From assembly GCA_013239625.1 (NCBI GenBank), contig MU054187.1:2925757-2989756 (forward strand): a stretch of 64,000 bases of DNA. Reading direction: 5' to 3'. The position numbers and the translations under genes are program-made. Each line of letters begins with the position of its first letter. Positions within the stretch are counted from its first letter, which is position 1. This DNA is from Lama guanicoe. Taxonomy: Eukaryota. Positions 1 to 13,743 of the stretch are shown here, one piece after another. Under the pieces are notes generated by a model. It was given only the letters and a program-made list of their open reading frames with translations, had not been told where the DNA came from and ran no database searches.

Positions 1-265
1 TCACTGGAGGAAACAGTTCAATCTGTTTCCTCTACAATCCTGTGAACAGCAACAGTACAGGAAGACCACCACCCTCGGCCCGACTTCTTCCCGGCGCACG
101 TCCGCCGGTGACGGCGGCACGGGGACGGAGGACGAGACCGGCCGGCTGCGCTGTCAGTGCCGCGCGGCCCGGCGGGGGCCGGACTCGGACGCCTAGCAGT
201 CGACCCCATGGAGACCGGCCACGGGATCTCCTCCTGGACTTGACTTACTCGCTTACTCGATCTTT

Positions 266-1179
266 TTTATTTTTTCATTGCTGGTGTCTGGGGGCAAGTG
301 GGCATTTTTGGGCGAGTCACCTTTTATAAGGCCCCAAATTTTATGAAAAATGTTTAATTCAATTTAACTGGAACAGCTCAAAAAATATTATTTGGTTATA
401 CTCTTCTCGCAAATATTAACTAGCCTAAGCCCTGTCATCTGGCAGCCAGCAGCCAGCAGCTTTCTGACAGCAGTTGACAGCGCTGTGTTGGCGAATCTGT
501 CTTCCCCGCAAACGCCCCGCAGCACACGCAGCAGCGAGGTGCACGCCTTCAGGGCGTTCTTCGCATAAAACACCTGTTCCCCTGTAGACCCTCTTGTCTT
601 GCTGGTTGCTCTCTTGTCTTGCTAGTCTAGCAACGTGGTTTTAAAGGCTAGCTGGTCAGTAACTCAGTCAAGAGAGTAATTATGTTGGAATAATTCTAAC
701 CAACTACAAGTTTATAAAGGCAGCGGTAGACAGGCTGACGCGCTAGTAGGCTCGGGCAGTCAGCGGGACCAGGTGTACATACTAATTCTCCTACTTACAG
801 CTGAGCCCTGACTTCCTTATTTGGAAGGTAAGCTTACCAACCCCTCGTTTGCAGGGCGATTGTGAAGGTCGAGGGAGGACCACTTGTACCTGTTTAGCTC
901 AACGTGCATGACGTGGCATTTCCTGGCATTCCCTGGCATTCCGGAAGTGGCAGCTGGTAACACGGTTGAGTCCCTGCAGCCCCGTCAGTGCATCTGCCGC
1001 CTCCCGCGCTCTGTTGCTGACCGCGTCCTGCACGTGCTCCCCAGGCACACGTCTGGGCCAGCTGCGAGGTCTCACTGCCCCTGCAAGTCTTTTCAGATGG
1101 AAAAGGAGCATGTAAAACACGAGGGGAGCTCTGACTGTAGCTGCTGGTCCTCTCTGAGGAGAACTGCTCAAAGAATTGT
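266..1179 (-). other. Candidate terminal exon and 3' UTR of the minus-strand spliced gene
   Basis: Strong acceptor ctttcctctctgcag|ACAATT at 1179. In phase 0 it reads TIL* (TGA at 1170-1168); in phase 2 it stays open to 894 (RQFFEQFSSERTSS...). Minus-strand poly(A) signals ATTAAA at 358-353 and AATAAA at 271-266. Confidence 0.5.
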
Positions 1180-1947
1180 CTGCAGAGAGGAAAGACCAAA
1201 ACACCTTACCAGGTAAAAATAACTGTCAACTAGGCTTTGAGAACAAGTCAGCGGAGTGTCACACTTTGTGACCCGTCCCTCCTCTTGATAACTGCTTATG
1301 TGTTTTCACAGTCACTGAACACGTGGCGCTTTCCAACGGTAACAGTGGGTCAAAGTTCAATTTTCACATAATTCCCAGAGTATAAAACCCCATGCGCAGT
1401 CTTACTGTTAAGAATCCTTGTTATTCAAAAGCATAAACCACTGCTGTCCAGGTTTTGTGTTTAGTGCCCTGTGCCCTGGCTGGGAGACGTGGCGAGCGCT
1501 CACTGCAATCCGGTGATGAGCTACTTTATTATCAAGCGCACTGGGCTTTAGGCTGTGGTCTGGTGTCGGGAACGCGCTGAACAAGGGCGGTAAGTAAGGG
1601 CTTTATTCTGTCGGTTGGGGCAATTAACAAGTAGTTTGACAAATGAACAAACAAAATAATTTCTGTTAATAACATGTGCTGGAAGAGTTAAACAGTATGA
1701 TGGGATAGAGAACGACTAAGGTCGTGACTATAGGGCACAGACCATGTGGGGCTGGTCTTAAAACTGGGAGGGGGGTGCTTCTGTGATTTTTTTCCATTGG
1801 TAAAATAATACAACTTAATTTAAGAAAATTTAGAAAGCACAGAAAATTCTTTCTCAAACTTGCCTTCAATGGCTATATATACCACTGCTTACCCAATCGT
1901 TTTCATTAATGGGTCCAAATAGGTCCATGAATGCAAGGACTCATGCT

Positions 1948-2722
1948 TTTTAAAAATTTATAGACTTTATTTTTTAGAGCAGTTTTAGGTTCACAGCAAA
2001 GCTGAGTGAAAGTACAGAGAATTCTCATTACGTCCTGTCCCCGACCTGCACAGTCTCCCCTAGTATCCACATTCCATACCACAGAGATACATTTGGTAGG
2101 AGCAGTGACCCAAAGACGGAACATCATTGCCATCCAAGGTCCGTAGTTTATATAGGATCCACTCTTGGCATTGTACATTCCATGGGTTTGGACAAATGTA
2201 TATGACATGTATCCGTCACTGTAGTGTCATGCAGACTAGTTTCCCTGCCCTAAAGATCCTCTGTTGTCTGTCTGTTCATTCCTCCTGCCTCCCTACGGCC
2301 TGGCAACCAATGATCTCTTTCACCATCGTTGCGGTCTTGCCTTACCAGAATGTCAGACAGCTGGAATCACACAGTAGGCGCCTTACCAGAATGTCAGACA
2401 GCTGGAACCACACAGTGGGCAGCTGTTTCAGACCAGCTCCTTTCACTTCATAATGCACAGTTAAGTTTCCTCCATGTCTTTTCATGGCTGGATGGCTCGT
2501 TTCTTTTTAGCCCTAGGATACTGTTTCATTGTCTAGATACACCATAGTGAATTATTTACCCTGCTGAAGGACATCTTGGTTGCTTTCAAGTTTTGGCAGT
2601 TACGAACAAAACGGCTATAAACATCAATTGCAGGTTTTTGTGTGGACTTAGTTTTAAATTTGTTTGGGTAAATACCGAAGAGAGTGAGTGCCGGCGTGTA
2701 TTCGTTTTGTAAGAAACTGCGC
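1948..2722 (-). mobile_element. L1 3' end/3' UTR fragment (old L1MC-like)
   Basis: Reverse-strand L1 3' terminal text (tttatagactttattttttagagcagttttaggttcacagcaaa...; gaaggacatcttggttgctttcaagttttggcagtt...). Subfamily is from recall. Confidence 0.85.
2339..2420. repeat. 41-bp tandem duplication inside the L1 fragment
   Basis: gccttaccagaatgtcagacagctggaa(t/c)cacacagt(a/g)ggc at 2339-2379 and 2380-2420, 2 mismatches. Confidence 0.95.
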
Positions 2723-3274
2723 CTGGACAGAGCATCTGCAGAAGCACACGCCCCCGGTGCTCGGAGGTCTGATCCCGCAACCCCTTAGATTTCAACGATG
2801 AGAAGTTTCGTTTTAGTTCCGTTTGCACACGGCTGCTGGAGAGAAAGTGAGGTATTTTTCACCCTCATTTCTTCAGCAGCAGAGTTCTTGCCCACAGTGG
2901 GAATGAGATGCGATGGGAAAAATGAACTAATTACTGGATTTATAGTCTTGTCCTGTCCTCCTTGTATTGATCAGCAATTAGGATTCTTCACAGATCATTG
3001 ACTTTTCTTTTCAGGTAAACACATTTCTGTGAGTTTTGGACATTGTGGACCAGAATTTATTTTACATTACCAAGTAATAGTGTCCAGAATTATCTGCGTT
3101 GTGAAGTCTGTTAAATGCTGTTTATGGGGTAGTGCTTGGGTTTAGAAGTTAAGCAACTGAATGTACCAATGTCCTCTTTGCCAGTTTCGTGGGTAGACAG
3201 ATAAATAGTTATTGGTAATACTTATGGTAGTTTCAAGGGTTTTAGACTAAAAGATTTCCATCGGTCAGACTTTA

Positions 3275-3345
3275 TAAGAATCACCTGAGGGACTTACCAA
3301 AATACAGATTACTGGGCCCTAAATCCTGGAATCTGCGTTAAAAAA
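3275..3345. mobile_element. MER5-like hAT-Charlie DNA transposon relic
   Basis: agaatcacctgagggacttaccaaaatacagattactgggccc resembles the MER5A core. Confidence 0.55.
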
Positions 3346-4512
3346 AAATGAATGCAGTTTCTGTGTGTGCATTCTCGGCATTGCTGGGCTTGTCTCTTGA
3401 GGTCAACTTGAAATTAACAGCGATTGTTCTGACTGTCTGTTCCTGTCGTAACTGGCAATTCTAAAGCAACAAAGATCAGAGGTTCTCCAATGTTTAAAAC
3501 TAAGGGTTTCATTTGTTTTTGCAAATATGTTTTTTGAGAATATAGGAAAAAGTGTAATATGTCAACTACCTTTGAAATCTTCATTAAGTAAGCATTTAGT
3601 GTTGTTAATTTAACGCTAAATTCTACTGCTTAGTTGATATGTTTTTCTGCCAATTAAGAATTAATGAAACCATTAAGAAATCACCCTATTATTTCTCTTA
3701 GGTTGTTGAACTTAGAAACATTAGAGCAATCATTAAATCTCAGGTTGCTGGAGCGCAGAGAAGGGAGCTCCAGGCATCAGAACTGATCACAGGCAGCCGT
3801 CTAAGTTCTGGTTTCATTGATCAATGGCTTTTTATAAATCGACAAGGTAGTGAGTTAATCTGGAATCTGGGAGATTGTTGCGTCTTATGTGATTAAGACA
3901 AACATAAGATGCCTCCAGCTATTATCAAATATTTTCTTTAATACAGCATGACAGATTTTTCTGTTGCTCATTTTCCGGGGTTGTCTGGTCAAGGCCCTTA
4001 GCCTGAGTGTGAAGCAGGAAGCTGCACGTGACTCTCCTCACTGGGCCGAAACCAGCCGTCTGTCTAGCACTTTCCGAAGACCTGTCAAGTAGTAAAAGAG
4101 TTTCCTCCTGATGCTCAGAGAACGCTGTGAGTGACCGTGGAACACACGCTTAATAACCAAGATGAAGAAAGTTCTCCTCTTGGAAGTCTCGTTAGCTCTT
4201 ATTTAATAAGGAACTTAAAAATTGCTTAACAGTTTGCGGTTTGCATGATATGGAGGAGAGGTTGCAAGGGTCATATTCTTGAATATAAGTTTTATTAATT
4301 GGAATTAAAGGAATGTTCACTGGAGTTTTATGAAAAAAATTTATAGCAACTGAAAAAAATATTCAGAGCAGTCTCTGTTTCCTTCTTGCTCCCGCGAGGG
4401 GGACTCTGGATGCTCCAGGTGGTAGCAAATCTGTGTGGTCCCCACTCCTTGCCCCGCCCCCGTTTATGCAAGTCAGGAGCTGGGCACGTGCACGGCTTCC
4501 CCCACCCCCGCC

Positions 4513-4738
4513 CAGCTTTACTGAGGTATAATTGAAAAATAAAATGGTATATGTTTAAAGTGTACAAAATAATGATTTGATATACATAGATTGTGAAATC
4601 ATTATCAAATCAAGTTAATTAACACATTTGTCACCTCACATAGTGACCTTGTTTGGTGTGTGCGTGGTTGAGAGCTACCCCCTCAGCAAATGTCACATGT
4701 ATGGTACAGTGTATTACCTAGAATCACCATGCCTCACA
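4513..4738 (-). mobile_element. L1 3' end fragment (L1MA-like)
   Basis: cagctttactgaggtataattgaaaaataaaatggtatatgtttaaagtgtac...caagttaattaacacat is a typical reverse L1MA 3' terminus. Confidence 0.8.
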
Positions 4739-5130
4739 TGGCCTGCCATCTCTGGCTGCTCTTCCACCTGGGAGTGGGTACGGAGAGCCTCAGGAGGCTC
4801 CCAGGCCCTACCTGCAAGGATCTGTATCTTTTTCCTACCACAAGGCATGGTTACTGCTGTTAAGTGTCTGTCCCCTCCGTCCCACTCCTGGCTCCAAGCC
4901 GAGTCCTGGCTGTGGACAGTCGGTGCATACTTGGATCAGCGGGCAGAGTCCGGGGCCTTTGGAAGCTTTGCCGGATTTTCCCAGCAGACCTGACACTGCC
5001 TCTATTTTGAACTATCAGACCCTGCCTGGCAATGTGCATTCTGTTTGTGCTCTAAGTTCCACACTCTGAGCGCAGGGATCCTCCTTTTACTTGCAGCCTC
5101 AGCTTTGGTCTGCACAGTCATTTGAAAGTT

Positions 5131-5156
5131 CAAACAAACAAACAAACAAACAAACA
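5131..5156. repeat. (CAAA)n microsatellite
   Basis: caaacaaacaaacaaacaaacaaaca. Confidence 0.95.
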
Positions 5157-5764
5157 TATTTTGTCACCTCTGCTGATTTGCATAAGACAGGCTCAGCGGA
5201 GAAGAACGTTTCGTGATCACCAAGGCTATTCAGTTCTAGCTCTGCCCACGGTAACCTCATGCCTGGACACAGCCGGCCCCTCTGTCAGCAACAATGTCAC
5301 CAAGGGTGTGTTGAAAATGACCGTTTCTAATTGGCCATTTTCCTCCTTCCAACTCCAAATTACTTCTCTTCTATTAACTCCTAGTTAGAAGAGAAGAGTG
5401 GTGCCTCACTCGTGAGTTGTTCTGGAAAAAAGTGTTTTTCAAGCAAATACAAATTTTGAGATTATATTTGCCCCCAAAAGGGGTATCTCATATGTTGAAC
5501 AGGCTCTCTCCTAAGGAACTTGGGGCATCCAAACCTCCCCTTTTGACACTCATGAGGGGTTCCTGGACTCACAGTTCCCTTCAGCAAGGTCTACAAGTCT
5601 GGAAAACTTGGTATAAAAGGACCTGGTGTCCTGAACCCAACCTGACGAGGTGCCCCCGCCTGCACGTCAGATCACAAGTCACAAGGTATTGAAACTAACA
5701 GATAATGGAAGAAACTAACCAATTTAAGGAAGAGGCATTTCACGCAACTCTAAGGCCATATATA

Positions 5765-6226
5765 TCAGCCATAACAAAGAATGAAATAATGCCATTTACA
5801 GCAACATGGATGGACCTAGAGATGATCATCTTAAGTGAAGTGAGTCAGACAGAGAAAGACAAATATGTGATATCACCTATCTCTGGAATCTAAAAAAACT
5901 GACACAAATCTTATTTACAAACCAGAAACAGACTCATAGCAATAGAAAACAAACTTATGATTACCAAAGGGGAAAGGGAGGCGGAGGAAAAATTAGGAGT
6001 TTGGGATTAACAGATACACACCACTATATAAAATAGACAAACAGCAAGGACCTGCTGCAGAGCACAGGGAACTATATTAAGTTTCTTGTAATAACCTATA
6101 ATGGAAAAGAATCTGAAAAAAAAAAGTGTGTATATGCATAATTGAATCACTTTGCTGTACACCTGAAAGTAACACTGTAAATCAGCTGCACTTCAAAATA
6201 AAAATAAAACAAAAGCAAAATAAAAT
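5765..6226 (+). mobile_element. 5'-truncated L1: ORF2 C-terminus, 3' UTR, A-rich tail, with target-site duplication
   Basis: Translates as SAITKNEIMPFTATWMDLEMIILSEVSQTEKDKY (L1 ORF2 end). A-rich tail at ~6195-6226. Flanking direct repeat aaggccatatata (5752-5764) / aaagccacatata (6227-6239). Confidence 0.93.
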
Positions 6227-6769
6227 AAAGCCACATATAGTATGGCTTTTGTCCTCTACTCAGAAAATCTCTAAGTAACTTTAAGTGCTGACCAATGTCG
6301 TATGGCTCTAAAAATGTATGGGCTGGCGCTTTTTAATGTTGTGTTAATAGTTTCAAATAACAGCATATTTAATAGCATATTAACAATGTTTGTACCTACT
6401 CTTGTACAAAAGCTGGAAAAATGAAGTCTATTAACCCTGAACATTTGTCTCCTTTGGGTTTGGCCTACTTTACAGCTCACAGAAAATCAAAACACGATTT
6501 TTCTCGTGTAGACGCGCCTGCTTCCAGGCACCACGCCTCTCCCTCAGGAGGTTTGGCCCCAGATTCCCCTCCCCTCCTGTTCGGGACTATCGTCCAACCT
6601 TGTCAAGACTCTGCAAAACTGCCGTTTTCTCATTAGCATTATGCTCCTTTAGTCATTTGGGAAGTATTTTAAGTAATAACTGCATGAAATGTCATAATAT
6701 TTGGAATTGAGCCCTTCCGTTACCTCGTTCCATACGAAAAGCAAGAATACGTTTAGAAGTAAATACCTC

Positions 6770-8160
6770 GGAGACGTGTCTCCCCTCACCTGGCGCTCTG
6801 CGCGCCTCCCCTCCTGCTCAGGCGACTGCCCGGACCAGCCGCCGCGCCCTCACGGGCAGGGCTCACACCCCGTTTAACACTCGCGTGGTTTTGGACCTTT
6901 GTTTTGACTGTGCTGATTAAAAACCACTTTGTGGTCCTGACTCACCTGAGAAGGAGAGGACGCAGGGCCACGGGATTCAGAGAGCTTCTCTGAAGTGCCA
7001 GGTGGCGTCCAGAAAGGGACCTGCTGCAGCACACAGGCCTGCCGCGCGGTTTCTCAACAGTGAATTACACTGTTTTCTCTCCCTTCACAATGGCACCCAG
7101 ACAGGAAGATGACTGAACGTACTGTTCCAGAGGACGAGCGTCACTCAAGGCAGGGAAAACGGCCGCGCTCCTCCCGCTGGCGCCCTCGCCTGCTGCCTCT
7201 CCAGTTGTGGGGACTGTGGCAGCGCTGCGGAGCCGCACGTGAACATCTGCAGCGCCCAGTCATCGCCTCCGCGCTGGGGTGCAGGGCAGGGGGCGGGGGG
7301 GCCGGCTGGGAGCACGTCCTCTCCTGAGGGCGCAGGGCGCTCCGTGGCCGCAGTGACGGTCCCCCGGCTGGATATCGGCTGTGCCGCGGGCCCCACTGCC
7401 TCCCAGGGGCGGCCCTCAGGCTGCATCACGGCTTCACCGGGAAAGCAGCAGCTTAGCAGCTATTATGAGGCTGCCTGTTGGTGGAGGAGACCGGGGAGCA
7501 AACTCCGAAAAGTGGCGTGCCGTCGGGCGGTGTAACGCTCAGCGCACAACACACTAGTTTCTGGGAAACGCAATGTCACTTCCCGCCTCCGCTTCTGCAC
7601 ATGCTGTCCTCCCCTTGTCCAAATGGAAAACTCCCATCCATGCTCGCACACTTGGCCCCTTCGCCGGGGTGCTGGGCACAGCGCTGAGATGTGGACCGGG
7701 ACCAGGAACTGGCCTGGGCCACAGGAGGAGGGCAAGCCCGTGGGGTGGCTTGGAGCAGGAAAGACCGTCCTCTTCGCGTCATCCTGCCCGTTGGCCCAGG
7801 AAGTGGCACCAGAAAAGGGGGGAAAAATCTTGTCTTTGCTTGGACCTCTTGGTGGGGGATAAAAGAAGCAGCACGCAGCACAAGCGCCTGGGGGCTCTGC
7901 GCCCACCCCGTCTGGTAGGAGAACGCTGAGCCGAGGGCGCGTCTGAAAACAGAGTCCCGCCAGGTGTCAGGACGGAACGCAGTGCTCAGTTCCTCGGTGG
8001 AAGGGCGTTCACAACTTGGGGTACACAGGACTGCCCAGAGTCTAGCGTGCTGGGTACCACGGGGAACACAGCCCAGGGAAGGTGAACGCCCTCACACACC
8101 GCAGGAAGGAAGCGGGCCACGGCGGGGGCGGGGGGGGGGGCGTCTGTTGTAAACACCAGA
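6770..8160. other. CpG-rich (island-like) segment
   Basis: Visibly high GC and many CG dinucleotides; CpG o/e not computed. Confidence 0.55.
6946..7020 (-). CDS. Candidate internal coding exon, 75 nt (VPFWTPPGTSEKLSESRGPASSPSQ in phase 0)
   Basis: Acceptor ctgcagcag| and consensus donor CAG|gtgagt; length is a multiple of 3; open in phase 0 and phase 2. Confidence 0.55.
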
Positions 8161-8389
8161 CCACCCCTGCTGGAAGTGAACGCTCCGACAGTGGAGAGCT
8201 GCGCCTGCAGTGGCTGTAAAAGAAAGAATAAACTCCCCACTTAACGAAATGGGCGCTTTCCTGAAAATAGGCAGATTTGAAACAAGACTGAATTCCAAGA
8301 CATAAAAATATACTTGCTAAATTTTAGACAATGTTTCTGGAGGACAGAGCTGAGGAATTTATGAGAATGCAGCAGAATGAACACACTCT

Positions 8390-10800
8390 CTCATCAAAAT
8401 GCAGTAAAATTAACAGCCAAAAGCAAGATAAAAACAAAAAGCGAGACTAGTTCTAAACCTAAAGTATGGATATTTCACAGCATGCACACATAAGCTATGG
8501 ATCCACAACATAACGTAAATTATGAAGTATTAAGAACTAAACAACAAAAAACACTACCTGTATCAAACATTTTTAGGTGCAGCAAAATTTCCTTTGAAAT
8601 AAATTGTCCTAAGTGTATATACTCAAAAAGGAGAAAGATTAAAAATGAATGACCTCATCATTCAACTCAAGAAGGGAAAAACCAACATTGTAACCTTGAA
8701 GAAAGGGGAAGGAAGGAAATAACAGAGAAAAAGGCAGAAAGTAAGAGTTTAAGTCTCAGAAATAATAAGTAGTGTCAATAAAACCAAAAGCTAGTTCTGT
8801 GGAGGAATTAATAAAATAGCCAGGCCTCTGGCAAGAAAGTAAATGGAAGAAACTGTATTAATTCATATAAAACATATGTATATAAAAGCTCTAATGTATA
8901 TGCATTATATCTGTTTATCTCTATGTATATGCATGTACATATGTGTAAAACACATATAAATTCATGTAAACCTGAGCATAAAGTCCTAAATTAAATATTT
9001 ACCACCTGAGTTTAGTAATGGTGCCAATAATATGTTGCAAACAAGTTGTCTCCACTGCAGGAGCCCTGTGAGGTTTACCTTTGGGAAACCCTGTTGAAGA
9101 CATTACAGGACGAGATAAGCGGCCACCCCCTTGTGTCCATCGGAGCAGAACGTGCTGATGGGAGAGCCAGCACCTTTGGGCCACACTCCGGCTGGCTACT
9201 CACCTCTGCCCCGGTTTCCAAGTTCTTCTGTTGAGAAGACGTAGGGAAAGGGACGGTATTTCATCACAGCCCTGGGGGGTCACCTGACAAGGGGAAAGCG
9301 TGCACTTTGGGACTGTGTGTTGGAGCCTCCTGACCTCTCACACACAGGCCCCGTCCTGGGCTGGGCGCGGGCGCTAAGGAGCGCCAGGTTCAAGGAGGGT
9401 GTTGAATGCAGCCCCCGTGCTGGGTGTCTGGACATCAGCAGAGTCTGCCTCCCACCACGAGTGGGTGACCGCAGTGTAGGAGTAACGGTCAATGTCAACA
9501 TCACTAGAATTTAGAACAATCCTGTGTCTCATTTGGTTCACGATGAGGGCAGCTGAGGTTACTGAGCTGGTAGAATACCAGCATCAGACGCAGACTTCTC
9601 CATCTTTACACAGTCATCTCTGGCTCACTAAACAGGCTCAGTAAAATTAAACATCTACTAGTGTTTAAAAAATAACTTAGAAAACTAGGAACATAAGGGA
9701 ACTTTCTCTGTTTGATAAGGGTATCTACCAAAAAGCTATAGTCAACGGTAATAAAAGAAAAGAAAAATTAAAAAATATGCATCAGAACAGAAGCAAAAAT
9801 TGTCTTTATTCACAGACAACATGATTCCCCACATAGAAAGTCAAAGAGAATTACATACAAAAAAGTATGAAGGTTTAGAGATCATTTTGGACTTACGATT
9901 AGTACATAAAGATCAACTACATGTCTCTACGCCAGCAACCAATAGTTAAAAAGTATAAGCCAAAAAAAAAAATAAGGTTATCAGGACAAATCCAACAAAA
10001 GTTGTGGAGAAGAAAATACAGCTACTGAAAAACGTAAAATACAGAATCGTGTTTCAATATGTGGAGCGCACTAGCATTCACATGTGCGAAAACGTCGGTC
10101 GTGTTAATCTAAATAATTCATTTTGGTTTTAGTAAAATACCAAAAAATGCGTAAATCTGTCTTTCTCTCTCTTCCTCCTTCCCTCTCTCTTTCCTTCTAT
10201 TTTTCCTTCCTTCCCTCCCCTTTTTTTCCATGAAGTTTGCCCAGCTGATTCTGAAATTCATGCAAAAGAACAGAAGACCAAGAGTGAGCGGTCCTCCCAG
10301 GTACCAGTTTGCCTTACAAAGCGCAGTCGTTGCGATCGCGCGATACAGACACAGGTCTGATGAAACAGAGCAGGGCAACGTAAAGGACCCAGAAGTACAC
10401 CGGGACTGTAACAGGTGGCGCCACAAACCAGTGACTGTGGATGAACTTTTAATGACTGGGTCAATGGATTATTGATCCTGAAGAAGAGCTCTGCTTACCA
10501 TCATACTCAAAAATAAACTCCTGTTCTGTGAAACTCCAAAATGTGAAAAAGCAAACTTCAAAAGTATTAGAAGAAAATAGAAGGAAACATGTTTATTTCT
10601 TGGTAAGGAAATTTGATCAAGACACAAAGATTTAAAAATTTGACCATATTAAAAATTGAAATTTCTGTAAAATAAAATACACCATGTTTGAATTAAAATA
10701 TAAGCCCAAAGAGTACATACTTGCAATTCCTGCAAATAAAATATTAGTGTGAAGATTAAACTTATGCAATTCATACAACAAAAGCGATCTTGGCATCTGG
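8390..10800 (+). mobile_element. Scattered, highly diverged L1 (L1ME-like) ORF2 fragments
   Basis: A-rich L1 ORF2-like text at ~8390-8850 (aaaatgaatgacctcatcattcaactcaagaag; aaaaccaaaagctagttc) and ~9660-10800 (aaaattgtctttattcacagacaacatgatt; ctgattctgaaattcatgcaaaag), interrupted by non-L1 sequence. Confidence 0.7.
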
Positions 10801-12149
10801 ATGAGGAAGCCCCCCCGCCCCCACCCAGAGGTAAATGGCTAACGGGCATGAGCAGGTAACTCGAGGAAGGAGAAGGAAAGCCAACTGGAGGCACAGAGAA
10901 ATTATGTTTTGGTTTCACAGGGAATTGATACAACAGGTGGTGCAGAAGGAAAATGAGGGTGACGGGAGGAGAAATACTCAAGTAACCGCTGCCACGAACG
11001 AGGTTATGAACCAGGGGATGAAGGGAAACAAGAGGAGCCAGTTAGTAGTTAATTGAGGGGGAAAAGAAGGTCAAGGGGATTTGTGGGGTGAGGAGCAGAC
11101 TAGGTGGGAGGAAGTGACGATGGCTGTGCTGGTCCCGCAGTGAGAGCGTGAACACCTACCTTTAAGCGCTCAGAGGTTTGAGAACTCCGATGGCTAAGCC
11201 CAGAGTTTGTCCCCGAAGGTGGCAGGAGGAGGGGAGTGAGGGTTCCTGCGATTGAGCAGGTCAAGGCGTTGTGGGCGGGTCCGCTGAGCACTGAAATTGC
11301 TAGAATGGGAGGCAGATTTGGTGCAGACAGTGGTGCTTAAAATGCTACCATGTTATTTAATCCTGAACAATGCAGTTGGGCCACCAGATAGAAAACCTGT
11401 GAAGAGTAATGGAAACGTAAGGATGGAAAGCCTTTTCCTTTTGCAGATCGAGTTTGGCAAGCACATGTCCCTCCTGTACTGACCTCTAAATTATTATCAC
11501 CGGGAAACAGGATGGAGACAAAGGATTGTTCTACATGCCCTGAGAACGGAAAAAAATGTGAAAGGCCAGACTCTCTGTCGGAACGAGAGAGGGCACTGGG
11601 CATAATCCGGCAGCTCTCACCTGCAGATCAGTGTGTTTCCACGTGTTTTCACTCCATCCCCTGCAAACTCCTTGATTACTAACTGATCTTCTGCTACGTC
11701 CCAGGTCTGTTGCTTCTAAAAACAAATGCTTCCAAGAAAAATAACGCTTTTGCTCCCCCCTCACCGAGCCTGCTCGTGACGAGATTACACGGCTACCTGA
11801 GGTCGGGTTTCCTTCCATGCCCTTTGCGTGCTTGTGCTCAGCTACTGAGACTTCAAATCAATTCTAAATCATTCTCCGTGGCCCTGCGGGCTCCTGCAGG
11901 GGGAATGCTGAGTATTTAGAGGCTGTAAGAATTGATGGGGCTTCCAACTCTCCTTTCAGATACATGGCCTGTCTTCCTCCGCAAGCGATCGTGTGTCATC
12001 CCACTTGGTTATGTGTGTCCCAACAGCTGACGAGCAATGACATGCTCAGCGGAACTTTAAACAGGGCACGGAAGCTTCTGAAAACGCTGTATATCATTGA
12101 CAGTGGCGGTGCTTAAAATTCCTAAGTACTTCTCAGCGTAGAGGAATTG

Positions 12150-12270
12150 AGAGCACCCAGCTGAGACTCAGGGTCCCCGCGTCCCAGTCCTGGCTTGCCT
12201 CCAACCAGCTCTGCACCCCCGGGCAGCTCACTTACAGAGTCTCCATGCTTTTAGTGTTTTCATCTCTACA
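12150..12270 (+). mobile_element. MIR fragment
   Basis: cccagtcctggcttgcctccaaccagctctgcacccccgggcagctcactt...gttttcatctctac resembles the MIR core. Confidence 0.55.
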
Positions 12271-13743
12271 CGATTCTCAAAGGCTTCAAATATAATAGGG
12301 GTATCTGAGCTGCGCTGATACTGTGTTTTTAAGAAGTTAAGGAAATAATACAAGTTAAATGCACACACACGTGTTCACAAGCTGCCAAAAGGAGGAGTGG
12401 AAGACATGCATTAAATCAATTGATTGTTACACTACAGCGCACCTCTCTCCTTCAGAAGTCCCCATTCGCGTCATTGCAGGTGGATGTTTTCCCAGTCGGA
12501 GCCCTGCATCCTGGCAGGCTGGGCCACGTGATGCTGAATGCCGGAGCTTTAAAACAGCTCTAGTGTTTTGAAATGTAAAACAGCTACCTCTAGGCTGACC
12601 ATACCGCTTTGTGATGTGTTAAGTGTATTTAGAGACGTTTACTGAAGAATTACTATTTTAACTTCCTCAATTATTTTGGATTAATTCCATACTGCTCTCA
12701 AGTAATAATGCATGTGATAATTTTTAAAGCAGAATTTAATTTTTCTTCCTCTAAAATAATGAAGTAAAAACAAAGTATTAAAATAGAACTGCATTCATTG
12801 CTACAATTTAATCTGTGTCTAATTATTATTATTATTATTAATTTAAATTAAGAAATCTTATTCCTCTTTGTCTTGAGAAAACCAAACGAGTAGGGTTTTA
12901 TGTAGTATTATTTCACGTATTAAAATAAACCTCTGTTTCTCAAAGCAAGCTGAGGGGATGGAGTCCCAGAAAGCGGATCTCAGGGATCACGCAGATTAGG
13001 GGGTTTGGGATGTACTTTTCGTTATTGGTGATAGATTTCCAACCATGGGAATTCTCAATGTCCCTCCTTGTCTGAAAGCTTCAGTGTTCACTGAAGGAAG
13101 AGTGACAGACATTCTTTGAATTCACTTTATTCACATCAGGAAAAGGACAAACATGAGGACAATGGCTGCAATCCGCAAACTGTTCCGCTTTCTAGAATCC
13201 TGTGCTTGAGACTCACCTGCATTAAACATTTTGAGATATGAAAGAATGGAGCCCCAAAGAAAACATTTTTGTCATGTATTTGTTTTTGTTTCAAATTGTA
13301 AGTGACTTTGCATGCCGAGACTGGAGTCCAAATGCAGACTGGTTTTTGACCATAATGCGCGCCATTCATTTTGCGCAACTTCAAGATACACAGTTGGCCT
13401 CATCTTGCTTGAATGTTATAAAACATAAATCAGAAGACTTTTTGAACCTACTCGATAGCAGTTAGCAAAAATTCCGATTTATCTAGACTCAAAATCTCAA
13501 CAGTGAGCCAGATCACTAATGTTGGAAAAAAAACAGAAGACTGAGAAAATGAGTTAATTTTCCAAGTTACTTTTTGAAATATGATATTCTAGAATGCATC
13601 GAAATAACTTCAGTTATCTAGTTCATTAGGATATTATAGTCAAAATATAATGAAAATACTTAAGAATGACAAATTAAAAAAAATTCCAAAAGTGTTGGAA
13701 CACCCATAATCGAGACACATACATTGTATCCCCCATAATGTCT

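Noticed and set aside
388..573. Protein-like 61-aa ORF (FYAKNALKACTSLLRVLRG...) as a last coding exon
   Set aside because: Upstream acceptor is purine-rich; better explained as 3' UTR of the exon starting at 1179.
5705..5893. 62-aa ORF ending ...WMDLEMIILSEVSQTEKDKY...
   Set aside because: It is the L1 ORF2 C-terminal remnant, not a host gene.
13216..13447. Consensus donor CAG|gtgagt near 13216 with possible upstream exon
   Set aside because: Stops in all three frames from the nearest acceptor; no way to support it.
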